Positions 27,668 through 39,275 of a stretch of 64,000 nucleotides of DNA are shown piece by piece. Positions within the stretch are counted from its first letter, which is position 1. The number at the start of each line of letters is the position of its first letter. The stretch is taken from NCBI GenBank assembly GCA_030390025.1, contig CM059431.1, positions 126,792,001 to 126,856,000 of the forward strand. Direction: 5' to 3'. Origin of the DNA: Squalus acanthias (Eukaryota). The position numbers and the translations under genes are program-made. Below the pieces are notes generated by a model that saw only the letters and a list, made by a program, of their open reading frames with translations, was not told the origin of the DNA and did no database searches.

Positions 27668-28409
27668 GGGCCAAAAATTCATCCCGCTGCGCGAGAGTAC
27701 GCACTGCGTACTCTCGCGTATTCTCTCTCCAATTGCCGGTTTTCTGCATGCCCTGCGCATGCGCTGAAAACCGGCACTTGGTCTTTTGAAAAGGGGGCGG
27801 TTCCTCGGTGCATCGCGTGCGCGCTACAGGCTGCGCGCACGCTGTGCACTTCATGCTTTGGACGCGCAGGTAAGTACGGAAGATTTTAGAAATGGAAAAA
27901 GGAGGAGTAAGACCCACTTTTAACAAGGTAAGTAGTGAATTAAGTATTTTTTTAAAATTTTTTTAACAGGTATATCTTTTTTAGAGACTTTAAAGACAGG
28001 TAAGTTTATTTTTATAACTTTTTAAAAGATTTTAAATTTTTTCAAAAATGTAATTATTTATTTAAAATGGTTAATTTATTTAACTATACTTATTTTATTA
28101 ATGTGATGGTTTTTTTTTAAATTTAATTGAGGTTTAGCTGTTATTTTGGGGGGGTGTAAGATTCATAGATTTCATAGCACGTATGTGAAACTTATGAATG
28201 GAAGATGGTGTGCTGCCATTGGCTCTAACTGAGTCACGTGATCCCACAGCTCGCACGAATTCACTACGCCGGTGGGATACGCAAGCACTGCCCAGCTGAT
28301 GTCTGGAACATCAAGTTCGTGCAAGCTGGATCTGAAAAATCACAAGCGGAGTGAGAGATCGGGGGAAGCCTTACCCCCGCGGGAACAGAGCGAGATCAAT
28401 TTCTGGGCC
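27668..28409. mobile_element. Harbinger-type MITE, family M, copy 3 (inverted relative to copies 1-2)
   Basis: TIRs GGGCCAAAAATT / AATTTCTGGGCC; TSD TAT. Confidence 0.9.
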
Positions 28410-28618
28410 TATATATTTTTAAAATTGTCTCACAGAGTAATTTCTGTATGAATCTCGCGAACTCAATTTCTGTACACTCTTTTGTGAGGAGTTGCAGAAT
28501 TCTGGGGGGTTTTCCGGACCCTCATAATATCCGGAAGGTTACAATCTAGTTAAACTTGTTAAAAGTGCTATCCAGAGGATGGTAACATCTTCAGGCCATT
28601 CCTTTCCTTTAGGGAGAG

Positions 28619-31481
28619 TGTAAGGGGGATGTGTCTCAGATGGTGCTGGTGCGAGGTTAGGCCTTCGTTCCCTATACTATTGCTTGCTCTGGTCTCCGGC
28701 CAGCCTTTTTGCAATAAGCACCTGTGAGTGGTTCGACCCACTCGCCCTTATGGTTCTGACACCTGGACTTAGATGCAAGGAGCAGTAATGCAGAGAAAAA
28801 CTCAAATAGATCCGGTTGAATAGCACAAAATGAAAATCTTTATTGCATGGCGTCTAAAATCATGAAATACATGTCATAGGCGCAAATCAAAGAGAGTACA
28901 AGTATACATACTATGGTCTATGGAAATGGAGAACACACGGCACATCGTAAAAAGGGGAACACATTATACCTTAACCTTATAAAAACCACCCTCCCTTAAC
29001 AATACCTACACTACGTCTGGATTTGTAGGATCGGAAATCATGCTCACCACTCGTTTTACTTCGGAGATTTTTAAAGTGAGGCACTCAGCTCGTTTCGCTG
29101 CAGCAGCCTGACTGTCACGTGTTTGGAAGGGTTTCTGCACCCCACTTGTTTACTTTCACTGCTGCAAAAAGCAGGCCAGACTCTCTGTTGTCATGAAGAA
29201 ATCGATGGAACTCAAAACGTTGTAAAATTCAAAGAAAAGTCTTCCTGTGTTGCGGTACAGGTAGAAGTCTGTAGAACTCAAAGAAGAGATCTGTACTTAT
29301 ATTTTCGGGCGCGGTTGGGGTTTACTGACCGTGGCGGCACGTGGAATTTCTTCTCGTATTCTTCTCGTCTCGTCTCCTCGGGCCTCCGGGTCCAGACACC
29401 GTTTACCGACACTCGGGATGGTGTACCCTGTTACTTGCCCTTGTCGGGGCGGCTCATACCGATTGAGCTCCACCCAACACTTGAATAACCGACCAGTGCG
29501 GCTAAGAGTCAAGAGTCAACAAAGTCCAGAGAAACACAAGAGGCTGACCGTCCAGGAAAGCGATACCAGAGAATAAGAGTGATGGACATTTGTTCTCTAT
29601 AGTTATAGTGATGTGTCCGTTTTATCTCCCGCTCAAATCTTAATGTTTTTCCTTTGTGTAATATTGGCGCTCAAAACTCCCAGCATGGGGCGATTATCTT
29701 CTTAACGGGTTTCGGTAGCACCTGAAACTGGCCAACTATCCGTTAATGTTTCTCTCATTGTAGAGCCAGCCAGGATGTGTATACATAGATACATAGATAC
29801 ATAGAAGATAGGAGCAGGAGTAGGCCATCCGGCCCTTCGAGCCTGCTCCGCCATTTAATGAGATCATGGCTGATCCTCCAATTCAGTATCCCGTCCCCGC
29901 CTTCTCTCCGTAACCCTTAACCCCTTTTGCCTGTAGAAATATATCTAATTCCCTCTTAAATATATTTAATGAGCTGGCGTACACTGCCCTCTGTGGCAAT
30001 GAGTTCCACAGGTTCACCACCCTCTGAGTGAAGAAATTCCCCCTCATTTCTGTCCTAAATGGTTTAGCCCTTATCTTAAATTATGTCCTCTAGTTCTGTT
30101 CTCACCCGCCAAGGGAAACATTCCTTCTGCATCTAGTCTGTCTAGACCTGTCAGAATTTTATACACTTCTATGAGGTCCCCTCTCAATCTTCTAAACTCC
30201 AGTGTGTACATCCCTAAACTACATAGTCTCTCCTCATAGGTCAATCCCGCCATTCCTGGTATCAGCCTGGTGAATCGCCGCTGCACCCCCTCCATGGCAA
30301 GAACATCTTTCCTCAGATGAGGCGACCAAAACTGTACACAGTACTCGAGGTGTGGTCTCACCAGTGCCCTGTACAGCTGCAGCAAGGTATCCCTGTTCCT
30401 GTATTCCAACCCTTTTGCTATGAAGGCCAGCATACCGTTTGCCTTCTTGATCGCCTGTTGCACCTGCATGCTCGCCTTCAGTGACTGGTGTACAAGAACA
30501 CCCAGGTCTCTCTGTACTTCCCCCTCTCCCAATTTATTGCCATTTAAATAATAATTTGCCCTCCCGTTCCTGCACCCAAGGTGGATAACTTCGCACTTGT
30601 CCACATTATAGTGCATCTGCCATTTATCCGCCCAATCACCCAGTCTGTCCAAATCGCTCTGGAGCTTCCTGGTCTCCTCCTCTGAGCCCACCCCCCCTCC
30701 TAGTTTAGTGTCGTCTGCAAATTTGGAAATGCTGCATCCGACTCCCTGATCCAGGTCATTAATGTAAATTGTGAACAGCTGGGGACCCAGGACAGATCCC
30801 TGTGGTACCCCACTTGTTACTGCCTGCCATTCAGAAAATGAGCCGTTTATTCCAACTCTCTGTTTTCTATCTGACAGCCAGTTCTCTATCCACGTCAATA
30901 CTTTCCCCTTTATCCCATGAGCTTCAATTTTCCCTGCTAATCTTTTATGTGGGACCTTATCGAAGGCCTTTTGGAAGTCCAGGTACACCACATCTACTGG
31001 CTCTCCCCCATCTATTTTACCAGTTACTCCCTCAAAAAATGAATCGTCTCCTCGACTGGTTTTGGGGCCCCCCGAATACTGGCTTAATCACCCGTAAATG
31101 TCTCTCTCATTGTTGAGCCAGGGGGGTATTTGTGTATTGATGTGTCTGGATGGGCCTTCGATTGCCCAGTTCAATGATCCTTACTGTGCATAGGAAAACG
31201 ATTCCAGCACTTATATCATTGCTATTGTTCAAAATGCAAACGGGTTGCATCCTGTCTTTATCAGTGTTTACCAAGTATGATCCAATCTTATACTGAATGT
31301 ATATTCAACGCCATCTTGTCTGCCCACTGTGTTTCTGGAAGCTTCTGCCACGATGCGCGGTGGCCATTTTACAGGCTTCTGTGTCCTTTATTAACAGGAC
31401 AGCATTTCGTTTAATAAAACTGATCAAATGAATCTGCTTCTCTCATGTTATTTTGAATCGCGATAATTGCGAAACTCTACA
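28619..31481 (-). mobile_element. Solo LTR family A, copy 4, with a CR1 insertion
   Basis: TGTAAG...CTACA; TSD AGAG at 28615-28618 and 31482-31485. Confidence 0.85.
29781..31038 (-). mobile_element. Young 5'-truncated CR1 LINE with an open 306 aa RT frame (30071-30991)
   Basis: [42 protein letters not shown]. (CTATGTAT)n tail at 29781-29804. Confidence 0.92.
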
Positions 31482-32234
31482 AGAGATAGTCTGAACCTTT
31501 AGACCCAATTAAGCGTCTCTAGGATTCGGCTACCACTAACTTTAGTTGAAAGTGAACGTCTGGGGAATACGCCTGATCTGGGGTAGCCCGAAAAGAGCTA
31601 GGACTTGTAATTATCCCTTCACCGTAACGGGACCATGTCCAACTTTCTTTTGACATTTGTGCTGTCAGTGTTCTACAGCATTGAGGTGCTGCAAACACTG
31701 ACAATCACTGCACAGAGGTGCAGGGCTACATCCAGGCTCTCCCATGACTCCCTCCATATGATTATGGAGGGAGTCACAGCACACAGGGAGGTCCTATTCC
31801 CTTCCCATGGGTGGAAGAGATCTCCCCAGGAGATCAACACAGCCCACATTGCAGAGTAGGGATGTGGTCAGGAGGACCAGGCTGCAATGCCGCAAACATT
31901 TCAATGATCTCAGCAGATTATGAAACGTTAGTACAAAGCTACACTCAACCTCATCCTGCTGTGCCTCTCATCACATCCCCATCACTCTGCCTTCCCTATC
32001 CTACTCCTGCACATCCTTACTCACACCAACTTACCTTGCACCTCCACCCATCCCTCTCTATCTATATTATCACATCCCCATCTCACTAGCCACCCCTCAC
32101 ACTCACATTCATCCTAGTGCAATATTATCAACTAACAACACACAAGGATAGGAACTTGGATGTTTTATGCAATGTTCATGTAAAGTTTCTCTTAATGTGG
32201 TGTCAAACATTGAAACCTTTATTTTAAGCACTTT

Positions 32235-33007
32235 GGGGGAAAAATTCAGCTGCTTGCGCCTCCCGTTAGCGCCTTAAGAGGGCGCTAATGGGGCGTAAAG
32301 CAGCTAACGCCCGGGCGCAGCGCCGCCCACGCCTCCCGAAAAATTTAGTGGGAGCTTAGCGGCGGCGGCAGCCGGTAGCGCCCTGTGGCGCTGCGCCGCC
32401 GGCGATGACGTCATCGCCGTGCGCAGCACCCCGCTCGCGCCCCGGCCGTGATCTTCAGTCGCGCCCCCTGATTTACCGCCAGACGCTATGTCCGACGGGT
32501 TCAGGGAGGCGTACGTGCGGCCGGGGTGGCGATATTTAAAGGGGAGGTGGCAGGCGGCCATTTTTGTTGCTGGCCGCCTGCCAGCACCTGCCCCCGTTGC
32601 TGTCCCCGGCCCCCGTGAAGCCCCCCCACCGTGAAGTGCCGGCTGCGCTCCAAGAGCCCGGCACTTCTCTTGAGTGCCGGGCTCTTTTGCCGGCACTCCC
32701 GATCCCTGGGGGCCCAGCTGGGCCCCGGTTCGCGCTGCGCAAGGCCCCTCCCCTTTAAGAAGGGGAGGAAGGCCTGCAATACCGCGGCGCGACGTGCCGC
32801 AGCGCGTGGCGCTGCGGCACGTAGCGCCAGGATATTCACTCGCAGCGCCCCAAGAGGGATGCGGGGTGCTTCCAGTTGCGCCCCGCTTCCCTCTTGGGGC
32901 GCAACCACTGAAGTTCCGGCGCGGGGCCGCTAATTTTTTCGGGGCGCTAAAAGTCGCGCCCCGGCGAGGTTAGCGCCCCAAATGGGGCGCGACTCAATTT
33001 TTACCCC
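32235..33007. mobile_element. GC/CpG-rich Harbinger MITE
   Basis: TIRs GGGGGAAAAATT / AATTTTTACCCC; TSD TTT. Left end resembles the right end of 51916-56117. Confidence 0.85.
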
Positions 33008-34152
33008 TTTGTGTTCTAGGACAGATTTGCGTGCACCTTTGGAAGTAGCTTAGTGAGTCGAAGTGAATAGTGAGACAAAACGGTACGCCCTGCAATGGTG
33101 ATGAGTGTGACAGGAATGGCTTGGGCATTGTAGGGATGCTTTATGCTGTTGGTGTGGGGTGGTGCCAACCTGGCGCATCATGTGGTAGCCAGGGTGTACA
33201 GCATCAAGTGAAGTAAATCTGGCCATGGTGAGGCCATCCCTGGCCTCCCGGGCAGCAATGTGGTCGGGTGCTAATGCCCTGTGTCCTGTGCAGCATCAGT
33301 TGACTGCGGAGAAGGTTGGTGTTGCTGCTGGTGCTGCTGGTGTGCCTGGTGCTGCTGGTGTTGGGGCTGATCGTGGTGAGACTCTGAGGACCAAGGTAAG
33401 AGAGTATAAGGGGCACCCATGCTGATGGAATAGATGACAGATGAAGTAGAGATGACAGAAGCGATCTGTCAATGGTGGAGAGGTAATGAGGTCAGACTGG
33501 ATGGAGACTTGTGTAAAGACTTGCAGCATGGTGAATCTGTTGTGGAAATGCAGTGAGGAAGAGTTTGTGGCTGAGGGAAGATATCTCTGTAAGGTGGGAG
33601 CTTTTACTTTACATCTGAAGCTGTCAACTCAACAGCTGATTCAATGGCCACTGAACTCCCGCCTCAGCTTATCAGAAGTGATCCACGACCAGCGAGGACC
33701 CTGTGGGCGAGCACATAAAATCAAAAGTTGAGCTCAAATGTGTTCTTAATGATCTCTAAACAAAGTCATAATGACCTGAATTGGGTCCCCCGCCGCTGCG
33801 TGTCGGGTCTGCTCCACGCTGACAGACCTGACATCAGAGAAAGGCACCTGGCAGCGTGTTCACAACGGGGTCCCGACCCACTGGGGGAAAAAAACACTTT
33901 CCCACCAGACCCGACACCGCTGACCACCCAGAAAATCTCGGACATGGTCACCATTACTGATACTAGCTTTTTTATTCCAGATTTATGTAATTAATTGAAT
34001 TTAAATTCCCCAGGGGTGGGATTTGATCTAATGTCTTATGCAGATTATAACTCCAGGCCGCTAGATTACTAGTCCAGCAACATAACCACTTTGCTACCAT
34101 TCCCTTCAAATAATATTGATATTGGATGACACTGAGCTGAGGCTTATATGAT

Positions 34153-35572
34153 TTCACCGCACGTCAATTACAAGAGAAATGCAGGGAACAGCACCAACCG
34201 CTGTACATGGCCTTCTTTGATCTCACAAAGGCCTTCGACACTGTCAACCATGAGGGATTATGGAGTATCCTCCTCAAATTCGGCTGCCCTCAAAAGTTTG
34301 TCACCATCCTCCGCCTGCTTCACGACGGCCTGCAAGCCGTGATCCTGACCAACAGTTCCACCACAGACCCAATTCACGTACGAACCGGGGTCAAGCAAGG
34401 CTGTGTCATCGCACCAACGCTCTTCTCGATCTTCCTTGCTGCAATGCTCCATCTCACCCTCAGTAAGCTCCCCACTGGAGTGGAGCTATATTACAGAACA
34501 AACGGGAAACTGTTCAACCTCCGTCGCCTCCAGTCCAGATCCAAGGTCGTCCCATCCTCTGTCGTCAAGTTACAGTATGCAGACGACGCTTGCATCTGCG
34601 CTCACTCGGAGGTCGAACTCCAAACCATCGTCAACACCTTCACCGAAGCATACGAGAGCATGGGCCTTACACTAAACATCCGTAAGACAAAGGTCCTCTA
34701 CCAACCTGCCCCCGCCACACAGTACTGCCCCCTGATTATCAAAATCCACGACAAGGCCTTGGACAATGTGGACCACTTTCCATACCTCGGGAGCCTACTG
34801 TCAACAAGGGCAGACGTCGATGATGAAGTCCAACACCGCCTTCAGTGTGCCAGTGCAGCCTTCGGTCGCCTGAGGAAGAGAGTGTTTGAAGGACCTCAAA
34901 CCCGGCACTAAGCTCATGGTCTACAGAGCAGCAGTGATACCCGCCCTGCTGGATGCCTCAGAGACATGGACCATGTACAGCAGGCACCTCAAAGCACTGG
35001 AGAGCTACCACCAACGCTGCCTCCGCAAGATCCTGCAAATCCATTGGCAGGATAGGCGCACCAACGTCAGTGTTTTCGCTCAGGCCAACATCCCCAACAT
35101 CGAAGCTTTGGCCACGCTCGATCAGCTCCGATGGGCGGGTCACATCATCCGCATGCCCAATACGAGACTCCCAAAACAAGCGCTCTACTCGGAGCTCCAA
35201 CACGGCAAGAGAGCCCAAGGTGGGCAGAGGAAATGCTTCAAGGACACCCTCAAAGCCTCCTTGAAAAAGTGCAGCATCCCCACCGACACCTGGGAATCCC
35301 TGGCCCAAGACCGCACAAAGTGGAGGAGAAGCATCCGGGAAGGCGCCGAACACCTCGAGTCTCTTCGCCGGGAGCAAGTGGAAGCCAAGCGCAAGCAGCG
35401 CAAGGAGCGTACGACAACCCAAGCACCCCACCCACCCGCCCCTTCAACCAGCATCTGCCCCACCTGTGACAGAGACTGTAGGTCCCGCATTGGACTCATC
35501 AGTCACCTGAGAACTCATTTTTAATGTGGAAGAAAGTCATCCTCGGTTCCGAGGGACTGCCTAAGAAGAAGG
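34153..35572 (+). mobile_element. RTE-clade LINE, 5'-truncated, one frameshift near 34890
   Basis: ORFs 34207-34911 (FFDLTKAFD, GVKQGCVIAP, QYADD) and 34886-35524 (SETWT, LRWAGH, C-terminal CPTC...H..TH). (AAG)n tail; possible TSD ATATGAT. Confidence 0.92.
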
Positions 35573-35619
35573 ATATGATCAAGCCAACAAGGGTGTTTAG
35601 AGATTTAGTATATGCACAT

Positions 35620-36040
35620 TCAAACAAATTAAATAACACTGAAATAGTTGCTTTTCTATGGTGTCTTATCGTGTCGCAGAGCACCTCACAAAGTGAATTA
35701 CTTTCGAGCATTGTAACTGTTCTGTACATAAACATGACAGCAATTCTGCATCAGCAACTTTTCACAACTGCATTCAGATGAGTTAATATTTGTTTATTTG
35801 GTGCTGTTAGCTGAGGGAGAAATGTTTGGCCAAGATAAGGGGAGAGATCTTTGAAAAGTGGCATGGACAGGCAGTACAGGTTTAACATCCCATCTGAAGG
35901 ACAACACTTACAACAGTACAACATTCCCTCAATACTGCACTGGAACGCCAGCCTAAATTCTAAACTCAGTTCCAGGTATGGGCTCAGACCCACAATCCTC
36001 TGATCCAAGTGTGCTACAAACTGACCCAATCTGACACTGT
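35620..36040 (-). mobile_element. Old SINE (possibly Deu/SacSINE-like); a related fragment lies at ~1055-1140
   Basis: The two segments share TACTGCACTGGA...CAGCC...ATGGG...ACCCA. The family name is from recall, not from a search. Confidence 0.5.
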
Positions 36041-36097
36041 CAAATTAACTTTTAAAACAATGGTTGCAGCACTTATTATGCTAACCACAGAGTGTTT

Positions 36098-38303
36098 GGG
36101 ATAGAAATTCATCTGTTGAGCGCCACTCTGTAGCCCTATGAAAAGGCGATAAAATGGCTCTTTCACCAACTAGTGGTGGGTCCCGCAGTGGTTGCCATAT
36201 TTGTGTACCCATTTGCGCTGCTGCTAACTGGCAGTGCCCTGAAAGAAGAAATGGCGGCTTGGTGACGTCAATCGGCGTGCAACGCCGACTTACCGTCACC
36301 ACGCCAAACTTCAACCCTAGCGCTGAATTCAGCGCTGGGTCCTAAGCATGTCAGGTTAACCCAGCGTGCAAGCAGGCTGACCGTGGCGAGGTCAGCACCT
36401 CTTAAAGGGACACACACATCATTCAGCTAAGTTTGCATTTAAGCTATGGACTGATTTGTTTTTATTTTATTGAAGTAGTGGCTTGCTGCAGTCGATGGTA
36501 AAAGTTTTTTAAGTGTGTACGGAGTGCAGCTGGACACTTGCAAGGCCTCAGATGGTAAAGGAATGTCTTTGAGAAAACAGAAAATGCTGCAAATACTCAG
36601 CAGGTCAGGCAACATCCGTAGAGAGAGAAACAGAGTTCACGTCTCAGGTTAAGATGCTGCCTGGCCTGCTGAGTATTTCCAGAATTTTATTCTATAATTT
36701 CAGATTTACAGCATCTGCTCACAGAGAGAAGAAGACACAGAAGAGTAAGAAGCCAAAGAGGAGGAAGCAGAAGGAAGGATGCTACCCAGACATCCCTTTG
36801 CTGGCTGGGACATCCGGGATGGAAACAGCCGCCTGCGGTACCAGTGACCATATCCCCAATTCCCCTTTCAACATTTGTTCCACCCCTTACGTTCCCTCTG
36901 TTACTGACCATCGCAGCATCCTATTGGCCACGATGCTGAAATAAAAGCCACCACAAAGCAAAATTTCCAATCCAACTTTATACATCTATCCATCCAATAT
37001 GACATCAAGAAATCAACACACTGCCCTTAAGCATTCTTTTAGTGACTGTCTTGTGTGTGCCTTTGCCTATCCTGCTGCAGTCACACAGTGCTCCCCCAGT
37101 GGCTACAGCATGGCTGGTGGAAGGCTGCTGACTTTCAGTGGGGGAAACTGGAAATGTCCTTGATGGTGGACCATGAGAAGCTGGTGGCTGGGAGTGTCAA
37201 ATTAATCTTCTTCTTCTTCTTCTGCTTCTTCTTCTTCACTCTCCTCTCCCTCTTCTTGGTCAACCATTGGTGGGTTAGGCTGCATTTCTTTGGTGTGTGA
37301 AATGAGGAAGGCACAAGGGTGGAGTTGTGGTGAGGGGAAGGCGGGAAAGCAAGAGGTGCATGCCAGAAGGAGGATAACGTATGAGGATAACAGCATCTTT
37401 TATCCTTACTGCCCCACCGCTGGCCAAGGGCTCAGCCAATAATGGCCTGCACCATCTCCTCCAAGGAGGTGAGTTGAGGCTAGGAATGGGAGATGTGCCT
37501 CGTGATTGGTGCAGATTGTTGTTAGGTGAGTGATTAGGGGTGGGGGTCGTGGATTGAGCAGTGTGTGAGGCTAATGATTCACTTGGTAGGAGACGACTTT
37601 TGAAGATGCTTTCACTGACCTTGACCAGTGGTCTGATGTCATGAAGCTTCTTTGGGCACTGGAGCCAGGTGGTGGGGGCAACACTGCTGGCAGTGACAGT
37701 CTCGGTGATGTACTCCCACATCATTGTTTCTGGAGGGCCTCCTGGCCCTGTGTGTTGAGGACCTGTCTTGCAGTGTTGACCCCTGCACAAAGCTGGAGTG
37801 CTGCGAGAGAGACCCTGGGTGCCCTTTCCCTGGCTTGCTGAGCCATTTGTGTTAGTGCTGAAGAACTTTTACCATTTATTGAGGTTCAGAAAGGAATTTA
37901 GCTTTAAGAGCTGAATAATCCCATTTGGGACTTCTTTTTAATGTTAAAATTTTTTTTGAAAGGCAGTAAGAGCTGAAAACTTAATTTTTTAACTGCATTT
38001 TAATTTGTATTACTTCTGATTGCATTGCCCCTTTAATTCATAGCCCTTTAATTACCCACAATTCTTGCGAGCTCCACAGCCTCACTCCCAGCGGCTGTGC
38101 GAAGCTCGAACGCCACTTCAGGACGGGAACTTTGCCTCGGAGGTCTCCACTAACGCCGCCATGAAGGCGCTGCACGCAAGGTAAGCGCTGCGCCACCATG
38201 CTCCAGCCCCCAGACAAATTTACTCGGCTTAGCATTGCGGCCATTTTCGGCGGCTGTTAACTCCACACCGGCAACTTTCTTCACCAACGCAAATTTTTAG
38301 CCC
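36098..38303. mobile_element. Non-autonomous Harbinger derivative, family N, copy 2
   Basis: TIRs GGGATAGAAATT / AATTTTTAGCCC; TSD TTT. Colinear with 19685-21443. Confidence 0.85.
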
Positions 38304-39275
38304 TTTTGTATTTAGTTGTTCACCATCTCATGAGTGTTGAATGAGATTCCAACCTTTTTCTCTTTGCAGTTCATAAACAATAACACAAGTAACTAGGATT
38401 GTTAATTCATATAAGTATTGGGCTGTATGAACCAATTAAAGTGGTATAGTGCATGTGTGGCATATTGGGGTTTTAGCAGTGCATTTATTAAACAGCTCAA
38501 AGCATTTAATCTGTAATATCCCCAAAGCAAAAGATTAGCAGCAATTAAATCCTCTGAAACTTTCAACTCACCTGCTCATAAAATGTCCTGTCTCCATCAT
38601 TCTTAATCAGACACATAACAAATGGCCTATGCATTTAAAGACCCATTTTCATAGATTACTTCTTTAATGGACAAGATTTAAAAGGAAGGGTCGCAGACCT
38701 GAAACGTTAACTCTGTCTCTCTCTCCACGGATGCTGCCTGGCCTGCTGAGTGCTTCCAGCATTTTCTATTGTTATTTAAGATTTAAAAAGGCTCTGGCTC
38801 CATAGAATAAGCTGTGTTTTTCTTCTATTTAACTTCATATTTCTGGATTGTGAAAAAACAGACAAGACGCAACTTATTCTCTAATGAAGTACAAAGGTCT
38901 GACTTACCATTTAAAGATAAATCGATAGCTATAAAATAGTTGAATATGGCAGACTCCACTGCAATAGCCATATCCATTAGAAATCCATAAGGAGAATAAA
39001 TCTCAGTGTTATGCTATATTAAAAGACAACAAGCAGGCAGTAAATTCAGGTGTAAATGCCAGCATTAAATATGCTTGGCCAATTTCAACTGTTTAAATCT
39101 TGCACCGTTCCATTTATGTTAAAATATCGAGAAGTCTGTAGAGATGAGTCACATAACTCATGTCTCCAAAATCAATCAAGCTGCCCTGTGACAAAATGTA
39201 AAATTCTCTCAGCAGGAAATAAGAAGGTCATTCCTTTAACAAAGTGAGGCGTCAGTTGGCAGTGCAATAGATATT

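Larger units (their letters stand above)
26562..31621 (+). mobile_element. Solo LTR family B (~1.45 kb after removing nested inserts)
   Basis: TGTAATGG...CCTTCA; TSD CCGT at 26558-26561 and 31622-31625. The host Harbinger sequence rejoins across it. TATAAAA at ~27372, AATAAA at ~27657. Confidence 0.75.
26371..33942. mobile_element. Harbinger derivative inserted in a SINE-like repeat, hosting further insertions
   Basis: Starts GGGCCATGATTTT; CAT on both flanks. The rejoined segments are colinear with the reverse complement of 41048-42823. MADF exon remnant at ~31690-31920. Confidence 0.75.

Noticed and set aside
5922..31481. LTR-A copies as paired LTRs of one provirus
   Set aside because: Each copy has its own matching TSD, and no gag/pol lies between same-orientation copies.
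26562..31621. Ginger DNA transposon (TGT start, CCGT TSD)
   Set aside because: No terminal inverted repeats beyond TG/CA; the TATA and AATAAA layout fits an LTR.
32304..32973. Overlapping GC-rich ORFs
   Set aside because: Stop-codon scarcity in a GC-rich MITE; no recognisable domain.
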